From: Chrysochromulina tobinii
Lineage: Eukaryota
DNA: 64,000 nt
Assembly: GCA_001275005.1 (NCBI GenBank)
Contig: JWZX01002881.1
Location: 1-64,000 of the forward strand
Direction of reading: 5' to 3'
The position numbers were made by a program, and so were the translations under genes. The notes under the pieces were generated by a model. It was not told the origin of the DNA. It was given only the letters and a program-made list of their open reading frames with translations, and did not search any database. Below are positions 58,638 through 64,000 of this stretch, one piece after another; the stretch's first letter is position 1, and every line of letters starts with the position of its first letter.

Positions 58638-60845
58638 TCAGTTCAGATGCGTCCCACCGCCAAGGCTTCGGTCGGGCCAGACGAGCCAGCGATTGGGGCC
58701 AAACTGAGGGTTGGGTGAGCCCATCTTGAAGGTCTTCGAGTGACCGCTTCCATCCCGCACTGTGCAGCGATTTGAACACTCTCGAAAACCCGGCGTCCCG
58801 GGCAGGCTGAATTTGGGCCTGCCTTTTTCGTCAAAGGTGCAGTCGATCCTATATGTATCGGGTTCGATCGAGAGCTCTATGTCAGCCGCGGCGATGATGG
58901 GTCGCTCACCGAGTACAAGTGCTCCCGGAGGATAGATGACGTAGCCCACGCCGCCCAGGATGGCGGGCCACAGCGAATTGTTGCGCTCATGCACACTCAA
59001 TCCTGTGGGACGTTGTCCTGGGAGCATTGCATGCCTGCTATGAGGTGGGCCCGCGCCAAAGGAGTTGTCATTCTGAGTGTACGATCCGACATAATAGATG
59101 GTCGCATTCGCTGGCAGACGCACGCTGTTCAGATGGCCCCAAAGGTCGGGATGCAGACGCGCGTCGTCCTCGAGGACGAGGGCCGAGGGCAACTTCCGAT
59201 CCATCATGTCGATGTAGGCTGCCTTATGCTTCATCGCGAGCGAGATGGTCCCGTTTGCGATGGGCTTGCGTGTGGGATTCCAAAAGTTATCGGCGACGCA
59301 AGGATGTATGCACAGCCGCTGCTGATCCGTCAACACGGCCTCGTACTGCTCCTTCGTGCAGCAGAGCACCCACGTGACGTCGGCTGCACACATACGTTTC
59401 AATTGGGCCTCGAGAGAGACTCGACGTCTCGTCAGGTGCGCCGCGTGCAGGACGTACACAGCGGGCTGCGGCGGCACGGGCCCCGAGCAACTCGGCCCCT
59501 GTGCGTAGTTGTGGCGCTCCATGCACTCGGGCTTGAGGACGTGTGCGCGCATCACCCTCCCAAAGCAATTGTTGAGCCCACGAGTACTCAACTTTGAGTG
59601 CGCCTCCTCTTCGGCCGCAGAAGCTTCGCGCGCAGACCTGCCATGCGCCGAACCTTCCCGCGCAGGGAGGTGCTCGGGAGTGCTCTCATTGAACGCCCGT
59701 TCCTGCTCCGCAAGGTACTTCGCCTTGTGCTTGTAGCACGGAAAGTGGCCTCGATACTGCCATGGCATCACCTTTTGGGGGAACTTGAGACCCATGAAGG
59801 AGACAGCCTCGCCGTGGTTGAGCGTGCCTGCCCAAGGCGATCCCCATAATTGGTAGACTGGATCGCGCTCGACCGTGGGCTCTTTCCAGTGCGGCCACGA
59901 AGCGAACGGGTTCATCAGCGGGATGGCGAGGGCGCGCTCGCCGCATCGCTTCTGAGAGACACGAACCTGAGTGCCGTTGACGTCGACGACCACGTCGTAG
60001 AAATTCGTATTCAGTGCCGCTATCACGCCGTCGCAGCCCAGCACACCGCCTAACTTCCACCCGTACGGGTCTGGATGCTGCAGGCAAATAGCTCGCCACA
60101 CACCCGTGGAGAAGGTCTCATAGAGTTTTAAAACTCGCTGGCGCTGTGGGTTTGGCTCACCATTGGGCAAAAACATTCTGACGTGATTGTCATGCGGTGC
60201 AACGAAAGCGGCCTTAACGCGCTCCTCCATGATGCGCAGCGCTTCCGGGGTGAACGCATCGCCTTCGTATCCCTGGATATCGACGTCCATGACATCCACG
60301 TCGCCCGAAATGGATGAGAGCACGTCCGCCATGTTTCCTGAGCATGCATTCGTCGTCTTGTTGGCTGTTGCTCCACCGCCGTGGAATGAACAGGCACCCG
60401 GCGGAGAGCGCGCCTGCTTGCGCTGGCATTCGCCGTATTCGGGCCCGCTCCTCACTGCACCAAGGAACGCTCGCTGAGCTGAGAGACGCTCGGTGGGGAT
60501 GTCGAAACCGTTCATGCCTACAATCATCTGCAAGCAGTCATCAACCGTGCTGGTCCCATCGACCACGTGGACTTGCACCCGATCGAGCAGGGGCCTGTTG
60601 AAACGCCTGAGGGCCATGAGGTGCGTGCCTGTCCAATAGCCAAAACCTGCTCCCACTTCGAGCTGGTTGTACGTTGTGGCGGATTCGCATGCAAGGAAAG
60701 CGGTCAGAATGTGGAACCTGTACTCACAGGTCTCCTCGTCCTGCTCTGGCCATGATGTTTGCCACCGAATGCTCCTTTGGTCGCCAACCGTCAGGGCATC
60801 GGCATTAGCGGCCGTGCTCGTGGTGAGCATCGCAAGCGGCAGCAT
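58638..60845 (-). CDS. FkbM-like methyltransferase fused to a GT25-like glycosyltransferase
   Basis: EVGAGFGYW and DVMDVDIQGYE, then VYVLHAAHLTRRR, ISLAMKHKAAY and ALVLEDDA. Confidence 0.75.
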   Translation of the reverse strand: MLPLAMLTTSTAANADALTVGDQRSIRWQTSWPEQDEETCEYRFHILTAFLACESATTYNQLEVGAGFGYWTGTHLMALRRFNRPLLDRVQVHVVDGTSTVDDCLQMIVGMNGFDIPTERLSAQRAFLGAVRSGPEYGECQRKQARSPPGACSFHGGGATANKTTNACSGNMADVLSSISGDVDVMDVDIQGYEGDAFTPEALRIMEERVKAAFVAPHDNHVRMFLPNGEPNPQRQRVLKLYETFSTGVWRAICLQHPDPYGWKLGGVLGCDGVIAALNTNFYDVVVDVNGTQVRVSQKRCGERALAIPLMNPFASWPHWKEPTVERDPVYQLWGSPWAGTLNHGEAVSFMGLKFPQKVMPWQYRGHFPCYKHKAKYLAEQERAFNESTPEHLPAREGSAHGRSAREASAAEEEAHSKLSTRGLNNCFGRVMRAHVLKPECMERHNYAQGPSCSGPVPPQPAVYVLHAAHLTRRRVSLEAQLKRMCAADVTWVLCCTKEQYEAVLTDQQRLCIHPCVADNFWNPTRKPIANGTISLAMKHKAAYIDMMDRKLPSALVLEDDARLHPDLWGHLNSVRLPANATIYYVGSYTQNDNSFGAGPPHSRHAMLPGQRPTGLSVHERNNSLWPAILGGVGYVIYPPGALVLGERPIIAAADIELSIEPDTYRIDCTFDEKGRPKFSLPGTPGFRECSNRCTVRDGSGHSKTFKMGSPNPQFGPNRWLVWPDRSLGGGTHLN

Positions 60846-60937
60846 GATGAGATGGCAAGCACGCCTGTTGCGCGAATCATGCGCGGTGCGTGCGCGCGAG
60901 GCGTGCCGATTCTTGGAAGGTCGAAGATGTGGGAAGT

Positions 60938-61115
60938 CTGCTGCTGCTGTGAAACACACACGCGCACAACCTCCGGACCCCCAAGCACGAGGGCCTCTAT
61001 CGCTATGGACGGAGGTGTGGCCGACTGCTGCTGCTGTTCAACACAACGCGTGCACACTGTCACCGGACCCCCAAGCACAGGAGCCGCGATCACTATGGAC
61101 GGAGGTGTGGCCGAC
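60938..61115 (+). repeat. Two tandem ~88-bp units of the dispersed repeat
   Basis: ctgctgctgctgt...ccggacccccaagcac...ctatggacggaggtgtggccga occurs twice. Confidence 0.85.
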
Positions 61116-61565
61116 ACAACCCGTGGTAACATAGTGGTAACACACCAGGCCGTTCCTCGGCAAAGCGTGGGGGAAGAGAAGGCGCGGTACTAGGTCCGGG
61201 TCCACATGCGCTCAACGCGGCAAGCGGCAAGCGCGATGTTACGCCCCAGAAACGCATGATAGCGTGTGGTGAGACGAGATGATGTTACATTCTTGGAGGC
61301 ATGTCATTGGAGGTGACGTTAGGTGCTTAAGGCGCTGCTCCGTGCTGGTTAACGCTCTGTGGTGGTGCAACCGTCGGTCGGATCAGTCGCGGAAACGAAC
61401 AAGGAACATGGAACGGGAACGCTCAACGCCCAGAGGTTCTATGTTCGGTTCGGGTCACGGGATCTCCGGTCCCGTCCAAGCACTACGTACTATTCCCTAT
61501 CACATCTATACGTGTATAGTAAGACATTGCCCGATGTGAAAGAAGAAATCATGGTGAAGACGGCA

Positions 61566-63995
61566 TCATGGTGACGGCATCGCGATCCTTCCGGACGAGG
61601 CGGCCACCGAGCGTCGCCGCATGGTGTTGAGCCTGGGCAGCGAGGCAGAGGTGCTCAGCTGGCTCACCTCGTGCAGCCAGCTCAGAGACGTGCCGCGTGC
61701 GTTCAACGCATCGGCCGCAGCTGCCTCGTCAACGTCCTGCAGCGGAGCTCCCTCCACTCGACTTTCCACTCGACTTTCCGATCGCCCCGAGGACGACGAG
61801 AAGGACACCCGTGAAGCGGACGCGCGCAAGGGTTGCTGCTGTTGCTGTGCAGGCCCGGAGGAGCTGGATGGCGCTGGCGGCAGCGGCGCTGGCGTTAGCG
61901 CAGAGCCCGGCCTGTGGTCGCGGCCGCCCGGGCGAGGCAGCAGCGGAGCCGGCGGCGGCGAGGCGAGCGAGGCCTGTTGGAAGAAGATCTCGTTCATCTG
62001 GCGCAGGCTCGCAAGCGTAGATCGTTGCACGTGCGAGTGCTGACGCTGATGCGACGCCTCTGACGAGGACTGATGACTGATGAGGACTGATGACGCCGCT
62101 GATGAGGACTGATGCGACAACGCCGATGAGGGCGTGGTGGAGAGTAAGTTGGAGAGGGGGCTGCTGGGGGACGTGAATGGGGGGTCGCTGGAGGTGGAGG
62201 CGAATGGGCCCCTCGCTGAATCGCGCAGCCCTCCCTCGCCCCGCCCCTCGCCCTGGGCCTCGCCCCGCGCCTCGCTCCGGGCCTCGCCCCGGGCCTCGCT
62301 TCGCACCTCGCTTCGCATCTCGCCAGCTGATGCGAAGAGTACGCGACGCGGTGAGGTGAGCGTTGAGGTGGGCGGTTGTGTATCGAGAGCCGTTGGCCCC
62401 TGCACCATTTGGGTCGAGAGTGCGGCGACCTCGGCGGACCTTGGGCGGACCCTTCCCACACGTGTTGAGCCCGCCGTATGTCTCGCGCCTTCGGCCGTTG
62501 ACGAACCCGACGCAGTGGTGAGCGTCGGCGTGAGCGCCGTGCTCAGCGCTTCCCCAGAAGGCGGACGGGCTGCCTGGGTGGTGAGCGCGAGCTTGCTCAG
62601 CTGCGCCTCGAGGGTGCTGTTGGCGGCGAGGAGCGAAGCCTTTTCATCTGCCCAATTCGCTTTTTCTTGCGCCCACGCAGCCTTTTCATGCGCCCAGGAA
62701 GCCTTTTCATCTGCCCAAGTGGAGGCAGCGGCCGCGAGCGAGGCGGCGTGGTCCGCCTTGAGCGACTGAATGTGTGACTGGAGGCGCTCCTGTTCGCGCG
62801 CAGTCGCTGCCTCGCTTGCAGCCGACGCGGCCGCCGCACGCTCTGCGACCGCTGCGACCGCCGCTGCCGCCGCAGCGGCCACGGCTTCGGCCAGCTCCGC
62901 CTTTGCAGCCACGGCGGCCGCTTCAGCTGCGTCCGCCTTCGCCCTCACCGCCGTCAGTGTAACCTCGGCCATCTCTGTGCCTGCCGCCATTGCAGCCTCT
63001 GCCCTCGCTGTCGCTCCCGTCAGCGCCGCCTCCGCCTTCGCCGCCCTTGCATGCGCTTCTTCGGCTCGTAACGCCTCCTGAGCCGCATGTTGCCGGGCCT
63101 GAAGCACCTCCTGCCTGGCCGCCTCCCGGGTCGCCTCCACGACAGACTCCGTGGCCGCCTCTGCAGCAGCCGTTTGCGCTGCGAGCGCAGCATTGAGCTC
63201 CTGAGAAGCCGACGCCGCAGCGGACGCGACCGCCGCCGCCACAGCCGCCTCCGTGCGAGCCGCTGCGGCACCCATCGCATCGGCCATCGCCGCCTCTACC
63301 GCTGCCGCCTGTGCCGCCGCCGCATCCGTCCCCGCCGCAGTCATCGCCGCCTCGATGGCCGCCGCACGCTCCTCGTCGGCCTCGGCGCGAGTACGCGCCA
63401 CCGCCGCGTGGACCGCCACAAATCGCGCCGCTTCGGCCTCGGCGTTTGCTTCCTCGAGGGCTTTGGCGATCGCGCTCGCGGCCTCTCTCTTGGCCACTTC
63501 GAGGGCCCTCGCCATCGCCGCATCGGCCTCGGCCTTGGCCCGCTTCATGTCTTCCTCGGCGCTCGCCTGCAGGCAGATCGCCGCCTCGCACCGAAATGAG
63601 CGGCACGCCTCCCGTGCGGCCGCCTCCGCCCTCTGGAGCTCTTGCGTCAGCTCCCAAGCTGCCTCAGCCTCCTGCTTGGCCTGCTGGAGGATCTGGCGCT
63701 GCGCCACGGAAGCCTCGGCGCGTGCCACCTCGAGCAGCGCCGCCTTATCTGCCTCGGCTGATGCCTTGGCGAGCGCCGACATGACGGCGAGGCCCTCAAG
63801 CCGTCGCTTCATCTCGTCGGTCTTGGAGAGAGCGGCATCGCGTTGCTTGGCGGCTTCGTCGACGGCGACCTTGGCCTGCGTTGAGGTGAGGTTTGCCAAG
63901 CAGCCGGAGGCAGCGCTCATGACCGTGGGCACATCGCACCTGGCAAGCTGCCGCAGCCGCTCGACCGCGCCGCCCTGCTGGAGTAGACAGGTCAC
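61566..63995 (-). CDS. Last exon of an ARM/Ala-rich coiled-coil protein; 5' part outside the window
   Basis: CACAG acceptor at 63996-64000. ARM-like GGAVERLRQL..AASGCLANL, long Ala/Glu coiled coil and Ser/Pro tail. Confidence 0.7.
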   Translation of the reverse strand: MTCLLQQGGAVERLRQLARCDVPTVMSAASGCLANLTSTQAKVAVDEAAKQRDAALSKTDEMKRRLEGLAVMSALAKASAEADKAALLEVARAEASVAQRQILQQAKQEAEAAWELTQELQRAEAAAREACRSFRCEAAICLQASAEEDMKRAKAEADAAMARALEVAKREAASAIAKALEEANAEAEAARFVAVHAAVARTRAEADEERAAAIEAAMTAAGTDAAAAQAAAVEAAMADAMGAAAARTEAAVAAAVASAAASASQELNAALAAQTAAAEAATESVVEATREAARQEVLQARQHAAQEALRAEEAHARAAKAEAALTGATARAEAAMAAGTEMAEVTLTAVRAKADAAEAAAVAAKAELAEAVAAAAAAAVAAVAERAAAASAASEAATAREQERLQSHIQSLKADHAASLAAAASTWADEKASWAHEKAAWAQEKANWADEKASLLAANSTLEAQLSKLALTTQAARPPSGEALSTALTPTLTTASGSSTAEGARHTAGSTRVGRVRPRSAEVAALSTQMVQGPTALDTQPPTSTLTSPRRVLFASAGEMRSEVRSEARGEARSEARGEAQGEGRGEGGLRDSARGPFASTSSDPPFTSPSSPLSNLLSTTPSSALSHQSSSAASSVLISHQSSSEASHQRQHSHVQRSTLASLRQMNEIFFQQASLASPPPAPLLPRPGGRDHRPGSALTPAPLPPAPSSSSGPAQQQQQPLRASASRVSFSSSSGRSESRVESRVEGAPLQDVDEAAAADALNARGTSLSWLHEVSQLSTSASLPRLNTMRRRSVAASSGRIAMPSP

Positions 63996-64000
63996 CTGTG

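Noticed and set aside
1..64000. Autonomous transposase or reverse transcriptase driving the intron system; tRNA or rRNA genes
   Set aside because: None is recognisable by eye in this window.

Overview
GC-rich, gene-dense eukaryotic nuclear DNA. The gene content, frequent GC-AG introns and repeat-filled introns suggest an alga, probably a haptophyte (inference). About 24 protein genes are present. They include an IGFBP-like/cystatin fusion, FkbM methyltransferases, an amino-acid transporter, an ADP-ribosyltransferase-ARM fusion, a sulfotransferase, GT34 and GT25 glycosyltransferases, a PLAC8-C10 fusion, a triple-CbbX-AAA+/thioredoxin gene, QSOX, an EF-hand FKBP, a SET protein, SCAPER and a carotenoid oxygenase. 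The main unexplained signal is intron architecture. Many introns consist of an 11-52 nt copy of the adjacent exon, which supplies the GT/GC donor, plus one of two shared 3' cassettes that supply branch point and AG. One 101-nt intron appears copied to a second, non-homologous site 2.9 kb away and still carries the exon tag of its original site, which is directional evidence of intron transposition. Also notable are a decayed RPB1 N-terminal half fused in frame to the AAA+ gene, and a head-to-head inverted gene duplication. All exon structures and family calls were made by eye and need RNA-seq and HMM confirmation.
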